A stretch of 64,000 bases of DNA. Source: Eledone cirrhosa. Its lineage: Eukaryota. This document shows positions 24,150-38,338 of the stretch, one piece after another. Numbering within the stretch: the first letter of the stretch is position 1; every line of letters begins with the position of its first letter. Where the stretch lies: NCBI GenBank assembly GCA_964016885.1, contig OZ024743.1:111228001-111292000 (forward strand). The letters are read 5' to 3'. The translations under genes were made by a program, and so were the position numbers. Under the pieces are notes generated by a model, which ran no database searches, was not told the DNA's origin, and was given only the letters and a program-made list of their open reading frames with translations.

Positions 24150-25005
24150 CGCCTTAACTCTCCTGCTCTGAGCCGGTGCTACAGTAAAGCCAGAGTCCTG
24201 GTGTTACTCCAGTGCAAGGCGCATACAATAGTCCACTACGATGCTGAATATGCCGACGACATACTTTTGGTGACAAATACAGTGAAGGAGGCAGAGGATT
24301 TGATGCAGGAGGTTGAGACTGTGTCGGTGAGTGTGGGGCTGAGAATGAATAAGACTAAAACAAAATATCTGGTTGTGAATGTTGTGAAGCCAGATGCATC
24401 ACTAATGTAGGCGGGAAGCCGTTAGAATTGGTTGAGGACTTCCTGTAATTGGGAGCAAAGATCGTGATTACGGAAGATGATGTGGTTGAGAGAAAGAGCA
24501 AAGTCTGGGCGTCGTACCACAGTTTGAGATCGGTGTGGGCGCCGGACCTTCGTAAAGACATGAACATCCGCCTATTCATTGCTGTAGTGGAACATGTGCA
24601 GCTGTACGGGTCTGAGACTTGGAAAATGACCAAGAAACTCACTCAGATGGTGGATCGGTGCTACACGATAATGCTGGGGATGTCTCTGAACATTAATCAG
24701 TATACACTGAGGATGAAAAACTCAGATTTGTATGGGAGCCTCCCAGAAGTCAGCTCAAAAGTGACACAGAGGAGTCTAAGATTAGCTGGACATGCTCACC
24801 GACATCCAGAGTGGACATTGCACTCAGTGCTCCTGTGGTAGCCCCTACATGGACACACTAGTAGTGGAAGACCAAGGTAAACGTATCTTCATGCCCTAAG
24901 GACAGACACTGGTCTGTTGGAGTAGCAGGACATGGCGGCGATAATGAGGGACAGAGACCGCTGGAGAGAACTCGTCCATGGATCTCGGGAATTTTACCCG
25001 CCCTA
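24150..25005 (+). mobile_element. RTE-like LINE 3' fragment
   Basis: EYADDILL, VGLRMNKTKTK, LYGSETW, LRLAGHAHRH, GRP; contains stops. Confidence 0.8.
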
Positions 25006-25102
25006 GAATAGAATATATATTTACATATATATGTATATATATATATGTATATATAAATATATGTCTATATACATGTGTATATATATATATATATATATAT
25101 AC

Positions 25103-25245
<143 letters not shown>

Positions 25246-25409
25246 GTGTGTGTGTATATATATATATCTCCATTTCAACGATTACTCTTGTGAATAGTTG
25301 TCTCCTCGGTCTAAGCACCGGCGACTCTCTATCCCCCTTCCCCGCTCTCAACCCTCCCCCATTATATCACTCTCTCTATCTCTCCCTCTCTCTATATATA
25401 TATACATAC

Positions 25410-25505
<96 letters not shown>

Positions 25506-25698
25506 AATTAGTATATCTAGTAACATATATATACATATATACACACAGATGCATACTTATGCTAGCATATATATAGGTTTTGTCTTAGTAACTTTGTGGT
25601 TCAATGCATGGGGTTGCAGAACAATAATATGAGAGACGTAAAATAAGAAAATTATAAAATAAGAAAATTATAAAATTAACTTACTTACTAAAATTTCA

Positions 25699-25779
25699 CT
25701 CCCAACTAATTAGTTTCTGAAAGGGAATAACCATACTTTCCGAAGAAGTGTACTGAGAAGCCTTTCGTCATCAGGGAAG
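25699..25779 (-). ncRNA. Type-I hammerhead ribozyme with long stem II, probably in a PLE 3'-end remnant (~25575-26030)
   Basis: Minus strand: cuucc CUGAUGA c gaaagg..ccuuuc a GAAA cuaauuag UU gggag; palindromic stem III. Confidence 0.65.
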
Positions 25780-26141
25780 TCTATTCTCGGCTAAGTGTCC
25801 AGGCAATACGTGGACACTGGGAACTTATACAAAAATAATTCAGTGGACTAAAATCCTAGCCATTGAGAAAATCACTGCCTACTGCGTCGGTAGCAAATTC
25901 AAAAGAATCAACCACGTGACATCGAGGTCAATCAGTGGAAAGTGGTTTGTTAAGAAGACAGCAGCCTGACTGTTACCATAGCAGCAGTCTTGGCCAATTT
26001 TGTTCGACAAATAATTTGGAGATAATTATAAAGAATTAGTATATCTATATATATGTAAATATATATATATATATAAAAGTATGTATACGTACATACATAT
26101 AAGTATACAGACTTACAGTAGTATGTATATATATTCATACA

Positions 26142-26219
<78 letters not shown>

Positions 26220-26226
<7 letters not shown>

Positions 26227-26577
26227 AAAAAGGGATGAAATCGAAAATGCAACTGAAGTCTTATTTTTTTTAAAAATATCTATATTTATTTGGTTCCTTT
26301 ACCGGTTTCGCAGTTCTTCTGCTTTTCAAAAGGTGAGTTGAGATGGAGGGTCTGTGGTTTTTCTCACATCTGATGTGAGAAAAACCACAGACCCTCCATC
26401 TCAACTCACCTTTTGAAAAGCAGAAGAACTGCGAAACCGGTAAAGGAACCAAATAAATATAGATATTTTTAAAAAAAATAAGACTTCAGTTGCATTTTCG
26501 ATTTCATCCCTTTTTCTTTATACTTCCACTCGTGTAGGACACCTCGGTTATTTTTCATTTTGTAAAAAAAACCTCAC

Positions 26578-26583
<6 letters not shown>
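26220..26583 (+). mobile_element. Probable PLE 3'-end insertion forming a 303-bp perfect palindrome (26220-26522, 1-nt centre at 26371) plus a 60-bp unpaired tail, in (TA)n
   Basis: Arms are exact reverse complements around CACATC-T-GATGTG; each arm carries a hammerhead. Confidence 0.8.
26409..26446 (+). ncRNA. Minimal type-I hammerhead ribozyme, U3-A8 core (mirror copy at 26296-26333, minus strand)
   Basis: ccuu UUGAAAA gcag-aagaa-cugc GAAA ccgg UA aagg; all three stems pair; stem III palindrome ACCGGU. Confidence 0.75.
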
Positions 26584-26651
<68 letters not shown>

Positions 26652-27039
26652 GTATGGATTTACCGAGCATTTATTATCTGTATACATATATGTATGAACG
26701 TATATATACTTATATTTAAGAAACAGCTGTACTAAGTGTGAGACATGAAATTTCGTTTCATTTATCGTTTTCGGTGCGCCCGTCCGATTAACTCACTCGA
26801 TATGCAAATTAGGCTGCTCAGCCATTAATATGCATAAGGAAAGTATATACTTTCAAACGTTCAATCATCTGGCAGGAAGGTATACGATGCTGACGATAGC
26901 TAATAAGCTTGAAACTAGTACATCATTCCTTTGTCAGTGTTGAACAAAAGGGCAACGATGGTTGCTAAACACTGTACGGCTTAATTCGGGATGTTTGTTT
27001 ACAAACAAACCGAGCATTATAATAAATGCTCGGTTACTC

Positions 27040-27044
<5 letters not shown>
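26652..27044. mobile_element. MITE-like element with ~25-bp TIRs
   Basis: GTATGGATTTACCGAGCATTTATTA ... TAATAAATGCTCGGTTACTCCATAC (2 mismatches); lies between TA tracts. Confidence 0.65.
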
Positions 27045-27095
<51 letters not shown>

Positions 27096-27625
27096 AGAAT
27101 TTAACCACTATTAAGCTAATTAGAACATTATTCATTATTCAACAGCGTACTCGATCCTTGTGTTATTAGAGTGTGACTATATTAGAAAGAGTCGTAGCCC
27201 GAGGCTGAGATCAGCTATCGGGCTCCGACATTATCTACTATATACATATACATTTATATGTGTGTGTGTGTGTGTTTCAGCTTGTGTGTGTGAGTGTGTG
27301 TGTGTGTATGTGTATGTGTGTGCGTGTGTCTGCGCCTGTGTGTGTGTGGGGGGGGGTGTTTGTGTGTGTGTATGTGTGTGTGTGCGTGCGTGACTGGTAA
27401 GTTTCAAAAATACGGTTTAGTATGACAAATAAAACAAAAGAATTGAATGTTTTGCACTGTATATTTTTACTATATGATATTTCACGAGGAAACGGATAAG
27501 GATCAAATCAAAAACAAACATTCGACCTGCTCTTCTCTGACGGCTCTACGTACCTGAAATACGCATGCGTGGATCCATTATAGTATCCAATCTGCTTCGT
27601 GCATTTAACACATTATTTATCTGTA

Positions 27626-27818
27626 GGTCGGTGGCTTGGCAGTATCGGTAGAGGGTCGGACGCTATGCTTTGCAGCAAAAAGTTACAACCCTTTATGATC
27701 TGAGTTCAAATCCCGCCGAGGTTGACTTTACCTTTCATTCTTGCGGGGTCGATAAATTAAAATACCAGTAATACACTGGGATAATTGCTGGCCTTTTTCA
27801 AAAAGTAGAAACAATTAT
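27626..27818 (+). mobile_element. tRNA-derived SINE
   Basis: A/B boxes, family core, ATCTGTAG on both flanks. Confidence 0.9.
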
Positions 27819-28193
27819 AATCTGTAGCATTTTCTTGACCAAATGACCCCTTTGATAATTATCAATTATAATTGATATATTAGAAAGGCACATAACAGAT
27901 TGGCTACTACAAAGGCTTCATGCATGTCTAATTAAGACACGTAGACCAGTCTGTGAAGAACGTATGGATCTTTCATTATTGTTTTGAACCGTTACCGTTT
28001 CACATTTGAAAAGATGTTTAGACCTGAAGTAACATGTTCATATATGCTGCGTAAAACATTAATTTGTTTTGTTTTATCATTTGCTCTTAATCAATTTCTA
28101 CCACATTGTACAAGCTTTGTGAAACATAGTCATTTATTAATTATCTCACAATGCTTCTTGTTATCTATACTACCTTATATACGAATATATATG

Positions 28194-28305
<112 letters not shown>

Positions 28306-28349
28306 AGAGAGAGAAATTCTATAATATATATCGATTAATAATGGTTTCT

Positions 28350-28525
28350 TATATAGGCACAAGGCCGGGAATTTGGGGGGAGGGGATAATCGATTAAATC
28401 GACGCCAGTGCGTGACCGGTACTTTTATCGACCACGTAAGGATGAAAGGTAAAGTTAACCTCGGCCTAATTTGAACTGATCATAAAGGCTCTATGATACA
28501 AAGCATGGCTTCGACCTGTTACCAA
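28350..28525 (-). mobile_element. tRNA-derived SINE (diverged)
   Basis: Reverse complement of family core and B box (ATTTGAACT). Confidence 0.75.
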
Positions 28526-29584
28526 TATTGTCAATCTAATAATACGGTTGAAAACAATTGTTTTAATATACAGAAATATATTTGGTTTTATATGATTACG
28601 ATTATTTCAGTTTGCCCTAGAATAATTTTTTAAAATTTGGAATCTGTTTTTAATTCTGAAACATATATTATTCCGTTGCCATACATATTTTCATATAATT
28701 TGTACTTCATATATTTAGATGTATATTGCATAATTAATCATGGTAATAATCTGTCACATTTACACAAGTGGTTTCGATATTCCACTTATTTGTCAGTCAT
28801 ATCCTTAGTACCACCCAAGAAATGTAATTGAGTAGGTATAAAGAGCTTAACAAAATGGAATAACAATTGTTCTATTGTCAGTACTCCGTTGGTCAAACAT
28901 ACGCGAAATATTACGTATTATTCAAATACATAAATATAATCCTAACTTAAATACAATTCTATGAAGACGTCATTGTCTAATGCCTAGAAACATTTCGTTC
29001 AGATATATTCTGCAACCAGGCCTTATATAACCAAGTTTTGCAGCTGGGAATTTCTAATTATGCGGTGTTAAATTATATAACATATTCTGATATATATTGT
29101 TTCATGAAAAGCATCCAAACAAATATTCATACACACCAAATCACACAAATACGGAGGTCATTCCAAAGATAATTGCAACGTGGTGTCGGTGAAGGTTGAT
29201 ATTAGTAGTAGTGTTTATGTTTCCGATGTTGGTTTGGGTTGAGAATGTATGGTATTGTTTCTGGTGTTTCCTGTGTTGCTAGATATAATGATGATGACAA
29301 TGGTGGTTAGGGAGTTGATGATAATGAAGACAATGATTCTGACAATGACGATTGTAGTGGTGCAGATGTTAACGAAAACGACGACGACGATGACGACTAA
29401 AATGATTGCGATGATGTTAGTGATGGGTTATTGATGATGATGGTACTGGTGATCTGTGTGATGATGATGTGGTTAACATGAATGAGTATTGAAAACGATA
29501 ATTAATATGATGGCTATACTGATGTTAATGCTGACGTTAAAAACGTTGGTGATTATAAGCACAGTAGTAATGACTTCTAATGTT

Positions 29585-29780
29585 ATCACAAAGCCAGCAA
29601 CTTCAGGGAAAGTATTTTGATTTTAGCGACGTCAGTACTTGACTGGTTTTTTGATGGAGCTACGTCGAAAGGGGGAAATACAAAGTTGACTCCGCCAAAA
29701 TTTGAACACAGATGTAAAGAACCTGAAAAATACCACTAATCATTAGTTCGACGCTCTAACCATTCTGCCGATCTACCATC
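29585..29780 (-). mobile_element. tRNA-derived SINE (highly diverged)
   Basis: AAGCCAGCAA..CAAAGTTGACTCCGCC..TTTGAAC..CTCTAACCATTCTGCC. Confidence 0.55.
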
Positions 29781-30084
29781 CTCATAATGATCATAATAAT
29801 AACCAATGTAATAATGATGGTAGTGGTAAATATGATGGTCGTCTTTACCAAGATCGGTACCTATTAGATATACTTTAAAAATTTCGGGGAAGGTGGCTCT
29901 ATTTACAAATGTAATGTTCAGCACTTAAACCGGTTTAACCTTCTGTGGTTCAAATATTCTCCCTCCTACATATGATCGTCACCATTTAACAATTCGGAAG
30001 CTGATTCAAATAACACTACCATATTTCAACTAATTTCAGTTTGTAATATCCTAGAAATAAATGACACTAAGACATTATTTTCTT

Positions 30085-30180
30085 TGACTTTGCCTTTCAT
30101 CCTTACGGGGTCGATAAAATAAAGTACCAGTAATGCACTGAGTAATTGCTGGTCTTGTGCCTTAATTAGAAACAATTATT
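30085..30180 (+). mobile_element. tRNA-derived SINE, 5'-truncated
   Basis: TTGACTTTGCCTTTCATCCTTACGGGGTCGATAAAATAAAGTACCAG..AGAAACAATTATT. Confidence 0.85.
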
Positions 30181-31530
30181 TTCTTTTAATATTCAATAAA
30201 TTCAATAAAACATATCAGTTGGACCTCTTCGTAATCTACATATTTTCTGATCAATGAGAGCTCTAATCAAAGACTTTTCAGTTTCGAACATTGCGGTGTT
30301 TTTTTTTTCTGGACTACGATATATAACATTTTCTAATTCAATATGGCAGTTTGTTTTTTAAAGAATTTATGACTGCTAATTCTAGCATATAGTATTAGTC
30401 TGCTGCGTTTTCTCTGTTGATCAGTTATAACGTGAAATGAAATCATATTTCATATTAAAAACGGTGTGTCATTGGTAAATGCTAACGAAGAAACGATTGC
30501 TTTCTATTAAAGCAAGATTCTTTAGTTGTCCGTAAAAACCATTTCGTTTTATATACGACATTAATAATATATTCTTTGAAATTATAATATCGTAATCCCC
30601 TTTCCTGTTTTTTTTCTATACATAATAATCATTATTATTACAATGGAAAATATACAGGAAGATTTGAGAGTGATTGACACATATATAGAAAGTGAGGGGT
30701 GACAGAGAGACGGAAAGGGAGAGAGAGCTATATACAGGCAGCGATACAGAGAGTAAAAAACCTAGAAGGATTATAAAGTAATCGGTGCAGGTATATATTA
30801 AACGGCTATTCTCCTCAATAAAGAAATTCATAAAATGCGTATCATTGTGGTATCACAGTTATGGTTTTGTTCGCATGTTTCTTACTTTACTATACTTGGC
30901 TCTCTATCGTTACAAAGGTAGGGTTCTAGTTATCGAAGAACCACCATAAGACATTGCTTGTTTTTTTCTTAATATAACACACATTTTAGACAATGTAAAG
31001 CTATTATTATCAAAATCTGAATCTTCATATGCATATAAATTAATCAGCATATGTAGTAAACAGAATAGGCATGTATTAACAAATTTGATGTATAATTCAT
31101 TCGCGCATGCGTATTTCCTTCTCTTCCGTAGCATAGTAAAATGGCTGTTTCCGTTTCTTCAAATTTCAGAAGTAGCAGTAATTATTCTATTAATTTTAGA
31201 AAAATATTGAAGTTTAATTTTAAATTAAAAAAATAATAAAGTAAATTATATCATATACAGATATATGTATTATTCAAATATATATCAGTGAATAGAATAT
31301 AGTTAAATTATATATATGTAATTAAGAATGTAAATAGAATCTGAATAACAGCTATCAATCTTGAACCCAAGAAGTCATAAACCAATCGATTTCAAACACC
31401 AGATAATGGCAGCTTAGGGAGGAGTTATACTTTGAATGTCTCAATGACCCATAGCAATTACGGGTATGAGGGTAATTGACGTCATCCCGCTGCACCCAAT
31501 GTAGTATTACATAGAAGCTAATATATATAT

Positions 31531-31632
<102 letters not shown>

Positions 31633-31867
31633 AAGAGACACACACACACAAAGGAATACATAAAGCTGACTGCGCACCTGGAAACGTTTTGCTACATTAA
31701 AGCGGAAAACGCTAGATGTTCCGGTCAATTTTACACCTTTTATATCAAATCAGCACATTCCCATGCATATAGTAGTACCCTGATTTGTGGTTGTCCCGTT
31801 CTCGTCACGACATGCTCTCAAAATATATGTCTATATATATAAAGAGAGAGGGGGAGGGGGAAGATAC

Positions 31868-31936
<69 letters not shown>

Positions 31937-32124
31937 GGACCGAGTAGGACCCCGACGGCTGAGCACAAGCCGTTTCGACGGCTAAGTCGAGAATTAGCCG
32001 TCGAAACGGCTTGAGCTGAACCGTCGAGTTCCTACTCGTTCCTATTACCCACTCTACTACCCTAAATATTGAGTACTTTGGTGCGTTATGGTCCACCTGG
32101 TTCCTTACCACATTTCCTTCGTTA
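31937..32124. mobile_element. Foldback MITE family Y (central hairpin plus right arm)
   Basis: Hairpin AAGCCGTTTCGACGGCTAA-GTCGAGAA-TTAGCCGTCGAAACGGCTT; arm homologous to 11176 and 55189. Confidence 0.8.
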
Positions 32125-32133
32125 TATATATAT

Positions 32134-32432
32134 ATCACCTTGATCACCTTGACCGACCTGTCTGTCGGGCCTCCATTCAGTGCCGCTGGTCACAGCATGC
32201 CGTCCATTCCTCTCTGGATCGTGCTTTCCTCATCCATGTATTCCCAATCATATTCTCGTGGAGGCCTTCCGAGTGGTAGTTTCCGCTCACGCGGATACCA
32301 CTCGGCAACTGTGAGGGTCCACCGATTATCGGTGAACCGAGCGACTTGTCCAGCCCATCTGAACTTGCTGCGCATATATTCCGCGATGACGTCCCTCACG
32401 CCGGACTTCTGTCTGATGACTTCGCTCCTGAT
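32134..32432 (-). mobile_element. RTE LINE 3' end
   Basis: RSKFRWAGQVARFTDNRWT..EWYPRERKLPLGRPP; short tandem tail ATCAAGGTGATCAAGGTGAT. Confidence 0.85.
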
Positions 32433-32439
32433 GCAAAAT

Positions 32440-33831
32440 CCTACTTCAGTGCCTCAGAAGTGGCGCAGGGGGGACCATGGCTCTCTAATAGCTATGGTAG
32501 CGGGACACAAAATCCTTGCAGGTTTTACCATGCTTCACAGGTATCAGACACTCGGTCCTAGAGATGATTCATCATCTTCTAGAGTTCAAAAGGTAGCTAA
32601 ACTGAAGAGGTACCGGCCTGCCCGCCCAGCCATTGGTATGGCGTCATATTATGGTAAACAGCACGAAGAAAGGGGCGCAAATAGGGCCACTCCACAACGG
32701 CAGAGTGCAACCCGAGCGACGAGATGCTGCTAAGAATCACAGGTTCCCGAAGTCCGCTAAAGAACAGGACAAACCTTGCCATATGCACCTATAACTTTGA
32801 AAGGGGGCAAAGACTGAACCACCTAATGGAGGAGAAGAAGAGGATCAGGTGCGACGTGTTAGGGCGGTGCGAGACCCACCAGAAGAAGGAGGCGAATTCG
32901 CGATGGCAAGATGGATGCGCCTTGAGACTCGGGAAAGCAGAGGCTGCTAGATCGGTCGGAGGTATAGGGTTCATCGTAAGCAAGGAATGGGCTTCGAAGG
33001 TCGCTTCTTGCCAGTTCATATCATCAAGGATTGGTGTACTGAACCTGAACCTGTCAGGGAAGGCCACCCTCAAGATCGTCCAGACCTACGCTCCCACAAG
33101 TGCCAGCGACGACGATGAGGTGGAAGAATTCTATCGCCAGCTAGACACAAAGTGCTAGCTGTGAAGTCCACTTACACCGTCATGATGGGAGACTTCAACG
33201 CAAAGGTCGGACAGGGACGGCAAGGGGAAGAGTATGTCGGAAGATTCGGCCTAGGAGAGCGAAGTGAGAGAGGAGAGCGTATGGTTACCATGGCGGAGGC
33301 GAGACGGCTCTACATCGGAAACAGTCTATTCAGGACGAAGAAGGAGAAGAGATGGACCTGGGTATCGACAAGTTCTGGGCAGCGAAAGGAGATTGACTAC
33401 ATCTTGGTCGACAAGCGACACATACAACAGGACGTCTCCGTCATAACGCCATTCAACACTGGCAGTGATCATTGTCTGGTGAGGGCGAGGGTCGTCATCG
33501 ACCGGACGAGGGAGAGGAAGTCGCTGCAATTGGCGTCGAAGGGAGAACGCCTCCGGGTCTTCAACGGTGCGCAGCAGCAGGAAGCCATTATGCAGGAAAA
33601 GGGGCGTCAATGAGACGGCATAGACGCTAACTACGACTCACTGATAGGGAAACTGAAGGAGTGCTTGAGGAAGACTAAGGGTGTGTGCCCGAGGGAGCGG
33701 AAGAGAAGAGTCTCAGCGGAAATTATGAAGTTGCTTAAGAAGAGAAAGAATATGAAGGGGACACCTGAAGATCACCTCGAATATTCCCTTCTCAGCAGAG
33801 TGATACGTCTACAACTGAAGAGAGACTTCAA

Positions 33832-33834
<3 letters not shown>
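32440..33834 (+). mobile_element. RTE LINE 5' region: 5' UTR and apurinic endonuclease (frameshifted)
   Basis: ICTYN, DVLGRCET, GGIGFIV, QTYAPTS..DDEVEEFY, MGDFNAKVG, EIDYIL, GSDHCLV are APE motifs. Confidence 0.9.
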
Positions 33835-33886
<52 letters not shown>

Positions 33887-33989
33887 ATACATCAGCAGTT
33901 TATGCTTCACCTATTAATTGCTGCACGGGTATGAGGTTTGGCGCGGCACCTATTGGCAAGAGGACAACTTAGTTCAATCAAGTGGTCAA

Positions 33990-34820
33990 AAATTCCCTCC
34001 GAGCAAAGAAAGTTTTACGAATACTAGTTTGGAGACAAGACCTCATACTTTCACTTGCAGTACAATCAGGCGCACAATATCTCAGCAGAATCAATAACGG
34101 CGTCCAATGTGAAAAGATGGATCGATATTTGTGAAGGTTTTACATGCGTATGGGTTCGAAGGAGAGTTTCTTTTTGTAATAGTGTGTCTTTACGAATGTC
34201 CTAATATTTGTATAAAGCCGACGCCATTCAATGTGGGTTTCGGATTCTGGCAACGTTGCATACTGTCACCTCTCCAGTTCATAATCTTCATGGGTAGTTT
34301 AACAGGCGCAGCCGTGCTGGAAGTGTAATAAGACTGGCCTGTGTGGGATCAGTCAGTTAGAATTTACCTATTACTCGTAAACTTATGGAAAGCAGGTGAT
34401 TGAATTAAGTACCAGAATCACATGATCTGTTGCAATATTACTCCAGATTCAACATTCAGTTATCAGATGATGTGAGGTTTGTGTAAACGCTAAAGTCACT
34501 CTATTTAATTAGATATTCGTGCTGAATATTACTCAGGGTCATAAAATTTAGGCGGCCGAAACTATTCTCTCCGAAATGATCTTAGGAGCAACGTTACTTA
34601 ATAGAGGGTGTAGCTTGGAGTTCAGCGTGTCACTCTAGATAGAGACGGTATTTCTCTGAAGTGAGATATCTCAGCTCAGATATTACGGATGTGTGGTTAA
34701 CATGTATCGGGAAACAATCCGAGGGCGGATTTTACGGGCAGAATAGCCGGCAAGTGATCAAGGTGTAGACCCCGTGCAACATGGTTGGATATAATCCGTG
34801 GTCTCGCTTGGAGATCCAGC
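33990..34820 (+). mobile_element. Heavily decayed RTE-like RT fragment
   Basis: PFNVGFGFWQRCILSPLQFIIFM (RT motif 4, 'QGC.LSP.LF') and terminal RPRATWLDII. Confidence 0.55.
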
Positions 34821-35679
34821 CGGGTGTATTGGAGACGGATTATTCTGACTTTTAAAGATAATATTTGCAAATTTAGAATGTATTTCAAGGTCATCCACAC
34901 ATTTAACCATATTCTGATTGCTGATTTATCAACCTTGACTGTATCATGTTTGTCAATGTCCCAATATGGTATTTTTGCCTCATGATTCAATTTGTATAAA
35001 TGACACTTTATTAATATCATAATCAAATATTTGTTTTTCATATGATATACACGCATGTGAGTTTCAACGAGGTAACCCATTAAGATTTGTATTCATCAAT
35101 GGCGCTATTACTAGAATTTAATATCAATATTAACAATTAGATCAAAACAAACTTAACATATCTGTATTCAAATGCACACACGCACGCCCGCAGATCCACA
35201 CCCACACGCTCACACATACTAATAAACCATTGTTTCTTTTATGTAATATACTCGTTAACTTACTAATATATAAGGTAGTATATTTTTTTTAATTCAGTGA
35301 TACAACACATTTTTGGAATACCACAATAGCGCATTTTGTTTTCGGAATTTCTGGATTTGTCAGGGTAATGTGACAGTTTATTGTTATCACAAACATAAAC
35401 ACTTCATATGGAATATTTCAAGATGCAATGTTTATTTGACATGTCGGTGGTATTGACGTAATTATACGACGGAGCATGCAAAAACCTGATTAAATATTTT
35501 GTTGCAATAGAGTAGTCAACGAGATTATTTGTTCAAAATCTACCTTTCTTTCAAATCGGCGTTTATATAACCTGTCACGTACTGCTCTGTATTCATTCGT
35601 CTCTCTTTATGATAAATGTGTGGTATTGAACTCATTTAATTATAAATATTGTTATGAATATCATTATTCGTATTACTGA

Positions 35680-36137
35680 GGGCGGTGGTTTGGCAGTATC
35701 AATAGAGAGTCGGGCGCCATGCTTTGAAGAATAGAGTTATGCCCCTTTATGATCTGAGTTCAAATCCCGCCGAGGTTGACTTAGCTTTTCATCCTTACGG
35801 CGTCGATAAAATAAAGTACCAGTCACGCACTGGGGTCGATTTAATCGACTTTCCCATCCCCCAAAATTGCTGGCATTATGCCTATATAAGAAACCAATAT
35901 TATTATTCGTATTTCTGAGGGTGGTGGATTTGCAGTATCGGTAGGTCGTCAATAGAAATGTTGTGCCACATGTAGTTACGACATTCTACGCTCTGAATTC
36001 AAATCCCAACGTGGTCAGTTTCATCTTTAATCTTTGCTGGGCCGATAATATAAAGTTGTAGTAAAAGAAGGGAATAGATGTAATCCCCTAACCCATTCCC
36101 TTCAAATTGCTGGCTTTGTGCCAACGTAGAAACATTT
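35680..36137 (+). mobile_element. Two tandem tRNA-derived SINEs (35680-35903 younger, 35918-36137 older)
   Basis: Both have A/B boxes; TATTCGTATT.CTGAGGG is duplicated ahead of each. Confidence 0.85.
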
Positions 36138-36942
36138 ATTTCAGAAGGAAGTTTCACATTTATTTGCAAAGTAAAGTGATATTATGCATGACATGCCATT
36201 ATTCAAAAAGACCCTATCTCGAGTTTGAATCGACGGTAATGTTTCTTATTTGCGTCGGCTTGTTCACGTTGACATTTATCGGATGCCAATGAGAAGGGAA
36301 AGTGATAACTGTGGCATAATTAGAAGAATACACCATTAATATATCTAACATTAACGTGAAACCTTGTGAAAGATAATTATGTAACGATAGGCAAAATCAG
36401 TATAAAATCAATCATACTCTAATTACGAACAACCTGAAACGGCTTTCAAGGATGAAGAACAAAAATATAACTGTTCAAATGATGCTCGGCCTTCCTGAAA
36501 TGATTTACGCTGAAAGCCTCAATGAAAACAGAAAAAAAAGAAATAATTCGAATTAACATGATACAATTACATGATAACTAAGCAATAAAGTACACGCTGT
36601 CACTTCTAAAACATAAACGTTTATGCATTTATCCTCCACGGTCACACCTTCTTACTCTTCTGAAAAAATGCATTGGACACATGCAATTTAAGCGCTTCAT
36701 AATCAGGTCCACACTACCTACGTGAACAAAGATCTAAGAATAGCCTTCAATGATGACGCAGCAATCATTCACGCGACTGTCATGCTCAAAAAAATATAAT
36801 TAGACTATTAAGTTATATGTAACACGCATTTTACATATAATCAACAAAGGATTAATATTTTCAGATTTGAAAAATATACTTCATAATATCTGTTAGGGAA
36901 ATGTAGCCGATGCACTCTCACACACACACGTGCGCATGTATG

Positions 36943-36984
<42 letters not shown>

Positions 36985-38338
36985 CGTGCGTGTGTGTGTG
37001 TGCGCGTGTGTGTGTACGTGAGTGAGAGTGAATATTTATGTGTTGTATCAAAAGTTTCCGGTGGATAGATTCTTGTAGCAAAAGCCTGATTTATTAGGGT
37101 GATTAGAGTGATGTTAATTATGCATATATTATGTATATTTGTACGTATGTATATTTATGTGTATTTCGTTCATATACTCGGTAATCACGGGATCCCCGTG
37201 TGGCTGGTCAGATGCGGCAGCGGGTGTCTCTGGCTATTCTCCGCTGTATAGATTCTGCCGTTTTGTTTTGATCGAAGCAGCTGAGGAACCGCTCAGACTT
37301 TGGTTTAGTGTCTGTCCCTGACCCCACGTATCATTCGCGGCTTGATCCTTCTTTATTTTTCTTCCTTTCATTGTGTTTCTCTTCCTTTAGTAGTGTCCAT
37401 TGTTGTTATTTCAATTAACTCAATGTTTCCAAATCGACAATCTCGTTTCTCTTAACTATCATAGATATGATATAATGTAACATCCTATGAAAAGCTTTAA
37501 TTGAAAATTTCTCATGTAAATTTCAATATATTTAGTTTGAGTATGTTTTTTTTAAAGGTGTATGAGTGTTTTTATATGTATATTATACTGGTCAACGCAC
37601 TTTTTCTATCTTAGATTTTGTTATTTTCAGCTAATTTTGAGGTGCCGATTTCAAATATGGCATCCATCTCTTCCCAACGCACCATGTTTTCATTCTATAT
37701 AACATTCTTACTTTATTATGCACTGTATGAATAATATAATTTACTTAGGATGGATTACTAAGTCTTATAGCTTGTAACCATAAGTTATAATGCCAAGTGA
37801 CTCTGATATGATAGATGAAATATAAGATAACATCACCTTGTATTAAATAGATCTTGTTAATTCTCAAATAAAATTGATAAAGCACCAACAATTGTACACT
37901 AACCAACATATTCATGGAACAAATTTTCGCTTATGAGAGCGCCTGGACTGTTTCATCTCTGCACAGTTTCTTTGAATACTGCAACAGTAGTCAGTCACCA
38001 TGTGTATCTTCCATCCATCTTGATATATTTCCTCCATAACCTTAATATCTTGACGGAAGTGCTCGCCATGCTCATCGCTTGCGTCTCCAAGATTAGCAGG
38101 AAATTCATCGAGATGGCTCTTGAGGAAAGGAATTGTTATGCACATGTTGCTATCAAGCCTTGTCTCTACCAAGCCCCTTTAGTTTGCAGCTTTTTTGCCG
38201 AAGTTCTTTTCACAACAGACACAAATGAATCCCACCCACTTTTTTCTATGTAAATAATAGTCGTCAAGAAATGTTGGCATTTCATAAACTTTCTGATTTG
38301 TGTCCCATCAAAAACATCCGCCTTTATTTTATCATGAA

